A stretch of 64,000 nt of DNA. It comes from a virus (taxonomy: Duplodnaviria > Heunggongvirae > Uroviricota > Caudoviricetes). Below the pieces are notes generated by a model that was given only the letters and a program-made list of their open reading frames with translations, made no database searches and was not told the DNA's origin. A program made the position numbers and the translations under genes. Positions 1-9,016 of the stretch are shown piece by piece. Positions within the stretch are counted from its first letter, which is position 1. Each line of letters begins with the position of its first letter. The DNA lies in IMG/VR virus record IMGVR_UViG_3300045146_000225, positions 1 through 64,000 of that record; one strand, written 5' to 3'.

Positions 1-507
1 TCTCTAAGGTTAGTCCCATTTAGCCTGTCGATATGCTTCTGTGTTATTTTACTCGCCAAAGATTGCATAAACCTAGGGTCGTTTTCTTTCTCCACAGTAG
101 TGGCAATCCTAGATTTTTCAGCGTACAAGGCTTTAGGTACGAAGTATATATTAGATTCTTCCGTGGTCTTGTAATTTACACCACCACTAGTATCGACAGC
201 AACTCGCATCTTGTAACCATCCTTGCTGAAATCAATATCAACTAGACTGGTCTTATTACCAACCTCAAACGTAACGATACCACTAGCATCGGTTTTAGAA
301 TTTGATTCTTCCGAGAAGAGCACCACACCTTTACTATCCACTATGGACACTTTGATACCGACCAACTTGTTGGCTACTTTGACACCACCGGCAGACCTGA
401 CGGTAGCCTGACCTAGCATAACTCTGTTTGATACTTGGGCGAAAACACCCGAAACGATACACAACGCTGTTAAAACAGCAACGATTTTTGAAATTGAGGT
501 TCTCATA
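1..507 (-). CDS. Secreted protein, 3'-partial. It has a signal peptide followed by a carboxypeptidase-regulatory-like (CarbopepD_reg) beta-sandwich domain. The start codon is at 507 and the gene runs off the window edge.
   Basis: rc of 1-507 translates MRTSISKIVAVLTALCIVSGVFAQ... (a typical Bacteroidota signal peptide), then GIKVSIVDSKGVVLFSEESNSKTDASGIVTFEV. There is no stop inside the window. The six-frame track omits it because it is incomplete. Confidence 0.45.
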
Positions 508-548
508 ATTTTACTTTTTAAATTAATTAATATACGCAAATTTACAAA

Positions 549-1022
549 TTATTTTTTAATTACAGCTACATTATTATATTTTTTTTCAGAAAAAATTAAA
601 ATATATTCACCTGACGGCAAACATGACAAGTCAACAGATGTAGATTCAGATTCCCCAACAACTTCAACACCTATGTTGTTCACAACTCTGTACGGAGACC
701 CAACTCGTACATTAACGACACCTGTCGTGGGGTTCGGGTACACGTTTTCACTACCGCTGTTAAAATCGACAACAGATGTTTTAGGATCAATTGGTTTTGT
801 GTTTTTACTGGTGTCGACAACTTGTCGTTTACCTATCTTGACAGCGTTAGGCGATTGAATACCTTTAGAACCAAGCGTAAAACTAACCTTAACAGATGAT
901 CCTGCTGAAACGAAACCTACTTGTGCAAGTAGCGATGCTGATAACAGCAAACCAGCAACGGAAAAAAATACTCTTTTCATATTATTAATATTTAAAATTA
1001 AGGTGGTGTATAAGCTCCACAC
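549..1022 (-). CDS. Small secreted protein made only of a signal peptide and a type IX secretion system C-terminal sorting domain (Por_Secre_tail).
   Basis: N-terminus MKRVFFSVAGLLLSASLLAQ. C-terminus VYPNPTTGVVNVRV...LPSGEYILIFSEKKYNNVAVIKK matches the YPNP...G.Y...K..K pattern of T9SS C-terminal domains. Confidence 0.5.
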   Translation of the reverse strand: MWSLYTTLILNINNMKRVFFSVAGLLLSASLLAQVGFVSAGSSVKVSFTLGSKGIQSPNAVKIGKRQVVDTSKNTKPIDPKTSVVDFNSGSENVYPNPTTGVVNVRVGSPYRVVNNIGVEVVGESESTSVDLSCLPSGEYILIFSEKKYNNVAVIKK

Positions 1023-1050
1023 AGTTGACCACCTTTATACCAACTGTGTG
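1001..1050 (-). terminator. Two overlapping, mutually exclusive stem-loops between the fibre gene and the T9SS C-terminal-domain gene. On the minus transcript the 3' hairpin is followed by a U-rich run.
   Basis: aggtggt(1001-1007)/accacct(1028-1034) and cacacagttg(1018-1027)/caactgtgtg(1041-1050) share nucleotides. Confidence 0.4.
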
Positions 1051-1110
1051 AAGCAAATTTACAACTTATTTTTTAAAAAACAATAGGATTATGAAAAAAT
1101 AATACATTAA

Positions 1111-3036
1111 TTAGTTATGTATAGCAGTATTATGTATATGGTTATATATTTCCTCCACCGTAACAGTACCAATATTTTTTAATTTAAAATCAATTGTATC
1201 AGCGTCTATCAATAAGCGGGTACCGACTATAGTATTATAGATACCATATAATTGTAGTACTATATAACCATTAGAATTAGCATAACTCGAAAATGTAGCA
1301 CCTGCTTCTCCACTATCAAACGTAAATTTACTAGATCTTACCTCAAACTCTGTACTTGTTTCTAAAATAACATCACTATTAAACGTAATAAAACCGGTTT
1401 TTGTACCAGATGAATTAATATAAATATTAGACCATGAACCACTACCACCATCACCATAATTAACAGTTAGATCACCAGTCACATTCAAAGTAGTGGCTTT
1501 ATTAAAGTCAATTGTACAATCAGATGCGGCAGTATCAAAATAATACTTACCTGTTGATGATTTTAAAGTCAAATTTCCAGTAACATCCAAAGCAGTGGAT
1601 TTATTAAACCCAACAGTAATCGCCGTAGACGAACCTGAGTTAAAATAAACACCACCAGTTGATGGGGAAAACGAAAGATTACCTTGTGTGTTTACGGTAA
1701 CATTTTTATTAAAGTCAATTGTACAATCAGATGCGGCAGTATCAAAATAATACTTACCTGTTGATGATTTTAAAGTCATATCACCAGTCACATCCAAAGT
1801 AGTGGCTTTACTAAACCCAACAGTAATCGCCGTATACGAACTTGAGAAAAAAGAAAAATAACCGGTTGCTGAGGAAAACGTAATATTACCTGGTGTGTTT
1901 ACGAAAACACCTTTATCAAAGCTAATTCCACAATAAGATCCTTCACTATTAAAATAATAATAACCTGTTGATGATTTTAAATATAAACTACCAGAAGTTA
2001 CATTAAACGTAGTAGCTTTATTGTAACTGACAGTGATGCCACTACCGGTAGTATTAAATTCAAAAGCCCCTGCACCAGATTCTAAACTTAAACCTGCACC
2101 AGATTTTATATTTAACTTTTGTCCAGTAGATATAACACCACCTCCACTATCAACACCAACAGATAAAGCATCCCCTTTAAGTATAGTAATACCAGAATCA
2201 AATGCACTATTTGAAACACCATATAAATTATTAACATAAGCTGACGAACCTATAATAACAGAACCATGTCCATTTGAATTGGTAATCGGGTTATGGATAA
2301 AGTTGAAACCAGTTACAATATCCCTCGAAGATTCACCGTGCATGCTGAACACCCCAACCCTCATGTTATTATAAACCGAATGGAAAATCTTCAACGAGTC
2401 ACTATACTCATCAAGCGTATGCTGTTGCCCGGACAATTGCGAGCTAGTCAACAGCAAAGTACCCGTTGTTGGAGTACTCCCTACATTTTCGGTACCCCTC
2501 ACACGACTTATACACAAACTAGGGTTAACATTATAACCAGTGAAATCCGCAGCAGTCAAGCCACCACCGTTCAAGAACATAGTATTATATCCAGTACTTG
2601 GTTCAGTAGTGTACTTTACAACAGTATCATCCTTCGTAAACACATTAGTTGAACCAGATGCGGCTGTTTGTATTATTTCTAAATTATTAACATGGATTTC
2701 AAATAAGAACGGAGTTATAGATGTTATTTTATAAATATTACCATTTTCTAATACGAAAAAATCACCGATGCGTGGGTTATTAGCACCTATAAACGCTTGG
2801 GTTGTACCGCTAATTATATCCACCTCACTATAAACAGGATACGGGTATATAGAATACCCCGTCATACCCATCGGTCCAGTAACACCCTGCATCCCCGGTA
2901 TACCAGTCGCACCCGTATCACCCTTTATGGTCTTTATGTTGTTAGCCAAGTCCATCAACCTCTGGAAGTTGTAGTTGCACTTGTACGTGAGCCTGTCCTG
3001 GTTATCGGAAGGGTTGATATTTAACATCTTTATCAT
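1111..3036 (-). CDS. Tail fibre-like protein with N-terminal collagen Gly-X-Y triplets and three 69-aa beta-rich tandem repeats.
   Basis: GDTGATGIPGMQGVTGPMGMTGY. Protein repeats TAITVGF(S/N)K(A/S)T.LDVTG..TLKSSTGKYYFDTAASDCTIDFNK... The DNA direct repeat has a 207-bp period, starting at 1501 and 1708. Confidence 0.7.
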   Translation of the reverse strand: MIKMLNINPSDNQDRLTYKCNYNFQRLMDLANNIKTIKGDTGATGIPGMQGVTGPMGMTGYSIYPYPVYSEVDIISGTTQAFIGANNPRIGDFFVLENGNIYKITSITPFLFEIHVNNLEIIQTAASGSTNVFTKDDTVVKYTTEPSTGYNTMFLNGGGLTAADFTGYNVNPSLCISRVRGTENVGSTPTTGTLLLTSSQLSGQQHTLDEYSDSLKIFHSVYNNMRVGVFSMHGESSRDIVTGFNFIHNPITNSNGHGSVIIGSSAYVNNLYGVSNSAFDSGITILKGDALSVGVDSGGGVISTGQKLNIKSGAGLSLESGAGAFEFNTTGSGITVSYNKATTFNVTSGSLYLKSSTGYYYFNSEGSYCGISFDKGVFVNTPGNITFSSATGYFSFFSSSYTAITVGFSKATTLDVTGDMTLKSSTGKYYFDTAASDCTIDFNKNVTVNTQGNLSFSPSTGGVYFNSGSSTAITVGFNKSTALDVTGNLTLKSSTGKYYFDTAASDCTIDFNKATTLNVTGDLTVNYGDGGSGSWSNIYINSSGTKTGFITFNSDVILETSTEFEVRSSKFTFDSGEAGATFSSYANSNGYIVLQLYGIYNTIVGTRLLIDADTIDFKLKNIGTVTVEEIYNHIHNTAIHN

Positions 3037-3045
3037 ATAAAAACA

Positions 3046-6000
3046 CTATAACATTTTAACAGAAACATTGAACGCGAACGATGCGGCACCATCGCTTGGT
3101 GAATCGTAAGTGAACGCGAACACCGTGTTACTTACTTTATTTATACTTATACCGTCCGTGATTGTACCACCACTAACGTACTTGACTATACCCGAGCCAA
3201 ACCTGTACAACGCAGTGGAGACAGCAGATATACCGAACGACGGCAATATGTTCTCCCTTATGTACATCTCGACGTACTCGTCCTCGGACATACCACCTAT
3301 GAACTCTGACTTATCGACCGTGCCGTCGAAACCGCCGAATATGAAATCATCGAACGACTTGCTTATACCCATGCCGACAAGCACACGTATTATACCATGC
3401 GACACGTCGAACAAACCGCTGACCTTGCCGTTGACCTCTGAATACGCGACATCGTACCCGTCCGGGATAGACGTGACGACACCTTCAACCTTAACCACCT
3501 CGTAATCCGATACGGATAAACCAGACGGCAACACCATGACGTTGTTAAGGAACGTGTCATCCTCTTGCACGCGCAATGTACCCGGGACAACAACACTATC
3601 CTTGGATGAAGTGTACTTCCTGTGGAACCCGTAATCCCACGACGACAACAACACGTTGTAATCAGCCTTGCCTATGTTGATCTCGTGTATATCCTCGTAG
3701 AACAAATCGCTCGTGTTCTTGTTGTACAACTTGAATATACCACCATCAGATACCTTCACGTGGTTGAAGTTGCGTATCAACCCGAAACCAGCATTAGACG
3801 CATTGAACGACGAGTTCTGCAAGTAAACGCCTTTGTACTTACCGATAGTGAACGTTATGACATCGGAGAACATAGGCTCGTACTTGCCGTTGTACCTGTT
3901 TATAACATACGGGACCCTGTTCTGCGCCGCGTACAGTTCATACGCGGAGAACCCGTTGAAACCATTAACATCAACACCATAAGCATCGAGCTTGTTCGAC
4001 TTATATATCTGCGTAGGACGCTCGAACCTCAATGATATCCCACCGAAATCAACCATGCCAGACATGTTGTTAACCATGTTGTATATGTTCGAGAAAGACA
4101 TGTACGATAACATGTTCTTGTAGTAATTCCTACCACCCATAAGCTGGTACGCGTAGTCTATAGGTAAAACATACGACGTGGAATCGCCACCAGAATCAAC
4201 ACTCCTGCACGATTTGCCCTTATTATCGAAGAATATATTAGAACCACCAGCACCAGTAATGTTATTCATCTCTTGTATAGTACTACCATCGTACAAGTGG
4301 ATACCATACATCTTACTATCACCAGATATTGATGACCTCACGAGCAACGGGTTGTTAACTCCGAAATCGTCGATGTACATACTAACATCATACACGTAAT
4401 TAGGGTACGTGCTGTTATTATAACTACCGTAGTTATACGGTCTAACAAATGTTTCCCCACTACCCATGGTGTTGTACATGTAGCTGGTATTAAAAGTGAA
4501 CGGTAGCTTTATGTTAGAGTACTCCATGTCTTTAGCCGAGAACTTCTTGTCTACAAGCGTGTACAAATCAAGGTACGATAGGGACGTGACATCACGTAAC
4601 CTGTAATCACCATCTATGTTGTAATTATTATTAGCATATAACTTATAAAGATACTTGTACCTTGGTTGTGGAATAGGTGGGTCACCTGGATGATATACCA
4701 GATCATGCACTCCCTTACCCATATTAATACCATCAATAAACACACCATCGTACATTAAAACATTACTGATGTCATCGAGGTATACCGTCGTGCAGAAAAC
4801 GATGTACCCACCATCGGACAAGTTATCCCCCACGATAACATCGAATGTTATGGGCAACACGTCGGTACTGCTCTTGTTGACAACACGCGTCACGCTAGAG
4901 AATAGATACCCATCGTATTTAGATGAATCCCCGACTATAACCTTAACCCCACGGAAGAACGTCTCGCATTCACCGGTGTTCTTGTTGTAACGCAACTTGG
5001 TGTATTGCAACTTGTCTACACCACCGGTTTTAACGGTAAACTTGCCGACAAAATCACCAATACTAAATATACCAGACAGCAACTTCTTACCATTTGATAT
5101 AACGACATCAAGACCACCATATATGTAATCAGCCGATGCCCTATCCCTGTTGCTCACAAGGTAACCCCACTCGTGCGTGTATCCCTGTGTGGATTGACCA
5201 TCTAAATCGAACGACGGGCATATGTTGTTCACGCCGAAAACATACGACGTGTTGAGCCGGTAAGAGTTACCACGGCAATCGAACCCATCCACGTACCTCC
5301 ACTTGCAAGCGTACTTGACCAGCTTGTTGAAATAAGCGTACCCCACGTTAGAATTCTCCTTGTTGTAATCGTATTCGGTTGAAATAGCGTTCTTCGTGAA
5401 CCGGTCGCGGTACATGTAAGCATCGGAGCTCAAATCATGTTCACCCGAAGACAAGTGCAACTTAGACATACCGTTGAAATCGAACAACACCCTGTTGGTA
5501 TCGTGTATAGGGTGTAAATTAAACCTAGGCTGTAGTCTATAAGTCCACATAGAGTATGCCGAAACATTAACATCCTTAAATACAACATCATCAGACAACC
5601 CAAACATAGTATATGTTATGACGTCGTCTGAAAACTTGTACGATTTAACAACATCACCTATCGTATAATTAGCATAATCCTCGTACAAAAACATCCTAAC
5701 ACCAGCATCAACACCATCTATAACCTCGAAAGTGTTTTCAGAGCCACCGACGAACATCGTACCGGTCGGAGTTATGGCGTATTCTTTACCCTCGTACAAC
5801 AATGCACCAGATTTACCACAAACGACATACGCGTGTGTATCATCAATACCACCAATACCGATATTCATCCTAGATATAGGTATCGAAACACCATCAATAG
5901 TGAACAGTTCCTGATCAGGAGATATGTTATCGTACTTAACACCCCTATAATACAACGATACATCACTATTACTAGTAGGCACACATATAGTGTTACCTTT

Positions 6001-9000
6001 TATGACCTCATTGTTTACCAAAGGATATTTATTGACCCCATCTAAAAGAGCAACATTTCCAGGTATAATTAAATATGGAATTCTCACATATACCGTCAAA
6101 TCCCTGAACTTTACCTCAATCCCATCGAACCCAGTATTATCATCCTTAACTATATCACCCCACAGCAAATCATCACGCCTCGTTATATAAAACCACGGGA
6201 TAACGATCGGGTCACCTGACTTGACGGAATAATCGTACGTGCCATTCTCTACACAGAAGTACCCACCAGAGCTGTAATCACCACCATCGTATACCACGGA
6301 ACCATCGCCTATAACGAGGTACGCCGTATCCTTCTTCAACATGTTGCTACCCGGGTACACGTGGTAATACTCGCCGTATTCAGACTCAAGCCCGCTCATA
6401 TAAGACTTGGAATAATAGTCGAAATCGAAGTCACACACAGAGTAAAACGCGAGAACACCGACACCAGCCTTGTACCTCAAGCAAGTCGTGAACGTGCCGC
6501 TAGACAACATCGGCTTCTTGCTGGAACAAACCGCGACGTAATTGGAATACGTTGAGAACTCACGTGATGTTCTCGTTATATAGCCAGCGTACGCGCATAC
6601 CTTATCAACGAGGCAATACCCACCATCAACCCGTATCAACAGCTCACCTATGGAACCAACAAGAGCATCGTAATGCTTCTTGTCGACCAGCACGATGTGA
6701 CCGGACGTGTACCCACCGACAGCATCCATGACATCACCACTCGCCGCCGAACCATTAACAGACATAACACCGTCCAAGCCAGTAGACGAAGTGAACGAAA
6801 CGGAGAACTCGACCTCGTCGCTCGCCTCGTAAGACACGATGTAAACCGATAAACCGTCGTTACACGCGAAGAACCCGCGCACCGGAATCTGGTTTATGCA
6901 GTTAACCAAACCCTCGCAAACCTTGTCACCGACAACGGACTTGCCGACACCGACGAAGTAGTAGTTCGATTCATCGACACCCACATCGTTACGCGAGTAC
7001 ACGAGCTTGACGGAACCGTTATCATCAATCGAGCCTATAAGCTTGAACACGTCACCGTCAACATAACCAGTGTACGAGTAATTGACGCTCGAGTTCGTCT
7101 TGTAAACTAGATACCTCGGCGTGAACTCCACAGCAGACACAACGTTATCAACATTGGCAATTATGACGTGGAAGTACTCGTCTAAAATCTCATCTTTTGT
7201 CTTACCCGAAATATCTACACCCTGCGCATAGTTGTTGATATCGTATATATACTCGTCCATCTTGGTAGCACTATCGAAGTATACAGGCTTGGTCATGACG
7301 CATAGCAACCCATTCCTATCGACCACTCCACCAGTACCGAAACACTTGACGTAATCGTTAACACCGCCCACGACGAACTTCTGCAACACGTTGTTCACGT
7401 AAACCTTCTGCGAACCATCAGAAACATCGACCACGTCGTAATCATCTATAAGCTCGAGAGGTGCCGAACCATCCCACGTGCCAGCGTACTCGGAAGGAAC
7501 GACGAACTTGTTACTGCTCGAATAATTAAACACCACCGCGTTGTAATCACCGGCATCACCATAAAGCAAATCGCTAGACAAACCCGTGGTGAACGTTATA
7601 ACATCATACCTGCTACCATCACCGTTAACCCTGCTGCCACCAACGTGGTTTATAACTATGGTATCAGTGTTAGACGGCACCGACAACATGTCCATCTTCA
7701 CGTGGCAAACACCCATACTATCGGGTACCTTGGCTATACCCGTCACGAATATATCCTTGAATGTACCGGAGAAGTCATTTACATTAACAGACTTGTCGGA
7801 TATTTTCAACGACTTATCAACACCACCATCACCGTGTTCACCGCCAGATATAACCCTGTGTAGCGAACCGTTCCTATCTGACACGACCGGCACGACAAGA
7901 TTTGATGTTGACAACTTGTCCTTGAATATACCGAACTCATCACCGTTCAGACCAGAGAAGAAAAGAGAGACACCTGTGTTATTGTTAACGGTGATGATTT
8001 TAGACGAATACGGGTCTATATCCGAGTACAACCTGGGGGTATTATCAACGCCAGCAACACTGTTGTACGTCACCTGCGAACCAACGTCGGCGAGCAATGA
8101 ACCGTACGTGGACACGTTACAGTAGAAGCCGATGTACCTGTTGTGGTCGAAAACATTAGAAGTGTTATCATCGAAGAGGAACTCCAAGTTGAATATGTTG
8201 GGGTACAGGAGCGAGTGGCGCTTGAACCCCTCCGATATGAACGTCTCGAAGTACTTCAACGTGTGGTCATCCTTGTAGAAATCGTGCAGGTACTCACCGT
8301 AAGACGAGTACACGCCGCTACGCATATCTATACCGTTCCAGTATGTCATCTTACCCTCGTTGAAACTCACATCAATAGGTGTCTGTGGGAAATCATCACC
8401 CGACACGACCTTGCGCAAGTACGCTCCTATCTTGGACTTCGCGGTTAAATCGAACGTCTTTATTATGTTGGAATTCCTAAGAAGGTCGTACATGTAATCA
8501 GTGTTCTTGTACGTGCCAGCCTCGAACTTCCTCTTCAACTCCACGACATCGTAGTTAACAGGCCCGTTTATCTTCAGCACGACGAAATAATCAGGTACAT
8601 CACCACCCTTCACGTACAGCGGCGACAAGTACGAGAACTTCTCGGCGTAGTACCTCGAGTTGAGGTACCTAACACCGGCGAAGTACAGCGAGAAATCGTA
8701 CTGGTCAGCGTAATCTGAAGTAACCCGAGTCGGGTCAACCTTGGTGAACACGTCGAAGAACTGGTCGTTGTTGGCACCACCCCTCGACAGGAACTGCTTT
8801 ATGTTGGCGGGGTACGATGCCCTCGTGTCAAGGACGTAATTCTTGTAAGCCTGCGCAGAGAGAGCACCGTTGGCATCAATCGTGTTCAACCACGCGCCAC
8901 CAGACGAACCGACCGTGAGCTTTATGTTACCCGTGAACAAGGGGTTCGTCCTCACTAGGGAGAACGTAGATTCGTTAGATGAAATATCCCTGAAAAAAAC

Positions 9001-9003
9001 CAT
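3046..9003 (-). CDS. Giant (1985 aa) virion structural protein, a putative long tail fibre or adhesin.
   Basis: Uninterrupted ORF in the late operon, only 13 nt from the upstream gene. The composition is Gly/Ser/Thr/Asn/Tyr/Val-rich and beta-type. Confidence 0.65.
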   Translation of the reverse strand: MVFFRDISSNESTFSLVRTNPLFTGNIKLTVGSSGGAWLNTIDANGALSAQAYKNYVLDTRASYPANIKQFLSRGGANNDQFFDVFTKVDPTRVTSDYADQYDFSLYFAGVRYLNSRYYAEKFSYLSPLYVKGGDVPDYFVVLKINGPVNYDVVELKRKFEAGTYKNTDYMYDLLRNSNIIKTFDLTAKSKIGAYLRKVVSGDDFPQTPIDVSFNEGKMTYWNGIDMRSGVYSSYGEYLHDFYKDDHTLKYFETFISEGFKRHSLLYPNIFNLEFLFDDNTSNVFDHNRYIGFYCNVSTYGSLLADVGSQVTYNSVAGVDNTPRLYSDIDPYSSKIITVNNNTGVSLFFSGLNGDEFGIFKDKLSTSNLVVPVVSDRNGSLHRVISGGEHGDGGVDKSLKISDKSVNVNDFSGTFKDIFVTGIAKVPDSMGVCHVKMDMLSVPSNTDTIVINHVGGSRVNGDGSRYDVITFTTGLSSDLLYGDAGDYNAVVFNYSSSNKFVVPSEYAGTWDGSAPLELIDDYDVVDVSDGSQKVYVNNVLQKFVVGGVNDYVKCFGTGGVVDRNGLLCVMTKPVYFDSATKMDEYIYDINNYAQGVDISGKTKDEILDEYFHVIIANVDNVVSAVEFTPRYLVYKTNSSVNYSYTGYVDGDVFKLIGSIDDNGSVKLVYSRNDVGVDESNYYFVGVGKSVVGDKVCEGLVNCINQIPVRGFFACNDGLSVYIVSYEASDEVEFSVSFTSSTGLDGVMSVNGSAASGDVMDAVGGYTSGHIVLVDKKHYDALVGSIGELLIRVDGGYCLVDKVCAYAGYITRTSREFSTYSNYVAVCSSKKPMLSSGTFTTCLRYKAGVGVLAFYSVCDFDFDYYSKSYMSGLESEYGEYYHVYPGSNMLKKDTAYLVIGDGSVVYDGGDYSSGGYFCVENGTYDYSVKSGDPIVIPWFYITRRDDLLWGDIVKDDNTGFDGIEVKFRDLTVYVRIPYLIIPGNVALLDGVNKYPLVNNEVIKGNTICVPTSNSDVSLYYRGVKYDNISPDQELFTIDGVSIPISRMNIGIGGIDDTHAYVVCGKSGALLYEGKEYAITPTGTMFVGGSENTFEVIDGVDAGVRMFLYEDYANYTIGDVVKSYKFSDDVITYTMFGLSDDVVFKDVNVSAYSMWTYRLQPRFNLHPIHDTNRVLFDFNGMSKLHLSSGEHDLSSDAYMYRDRFTKNAISTEYDYNKENSNVGYAYFNKLVKYACKWRYVDGFDCRGNSYRLNTSYVFGVNNICPSFDLDGQSTQGYTHEWGYLVSNRDRASADYIYGGLDVVISNGKKLLSGIFSIGDFVGKFTVKTGGVDKLQYTKLRYNKNTGECETFFRGVKVIVGDSSKYDGYLFSSVTRVVNKSSTDVLPITFDVIVGDNLSDGGYIVFCTTVYLDDISNVLMYDGVFIDGINMGKGVHDLVYHPGDPPIPQPRYKYLYKLYANNNYNIDGDYRLRDVTSLSYLDLYTLVDKKFSAKDMEYSNIKLPFTFNTSYMYNTMGSGETFVRPYNYGSYNNSTYPNYVYDVSMYIDDFGVNNPLLVRSSISGDSKMYGIHLYDGSTIQEMNNITGAGGSNIFFDNKGKSCRSVDSGGDSTSYVLPIDYAYQLMGGRNYYKNMLSYMSFSNIYNMVNNMSGMVDFGGISLRFERPTQIYKSNKLDAYGVDVNGFNGFSAYELYAAQNRVPYVINRYNGKYEPMFSDVITFTIGKYKGVYLQNSSFNASNAGFGLIRNFNHVKVSDGGIFKLYNKNTSDLFYEDIHEINIGKADYNVLLSSWDYGFHRKYTSSKDSVVVPGTLRVQEDDTFLNNVMVLPSGLSVSDYEVVKVEGVVTSIPDGYDVAYSEVNGKVSGLFDVSHGIIRVLVGMGISKSFDDFIFGGFDGTVDKSEFIGGMSEDEYVEMYIRENILPSFGISAVSTALYRFGSGIVKYVSGGTITDGISINKVSNTVFAFTYDSPSDGAASFAFNVSVKML

Positions 9004-9016
9004 CGCGCTTGTATTT

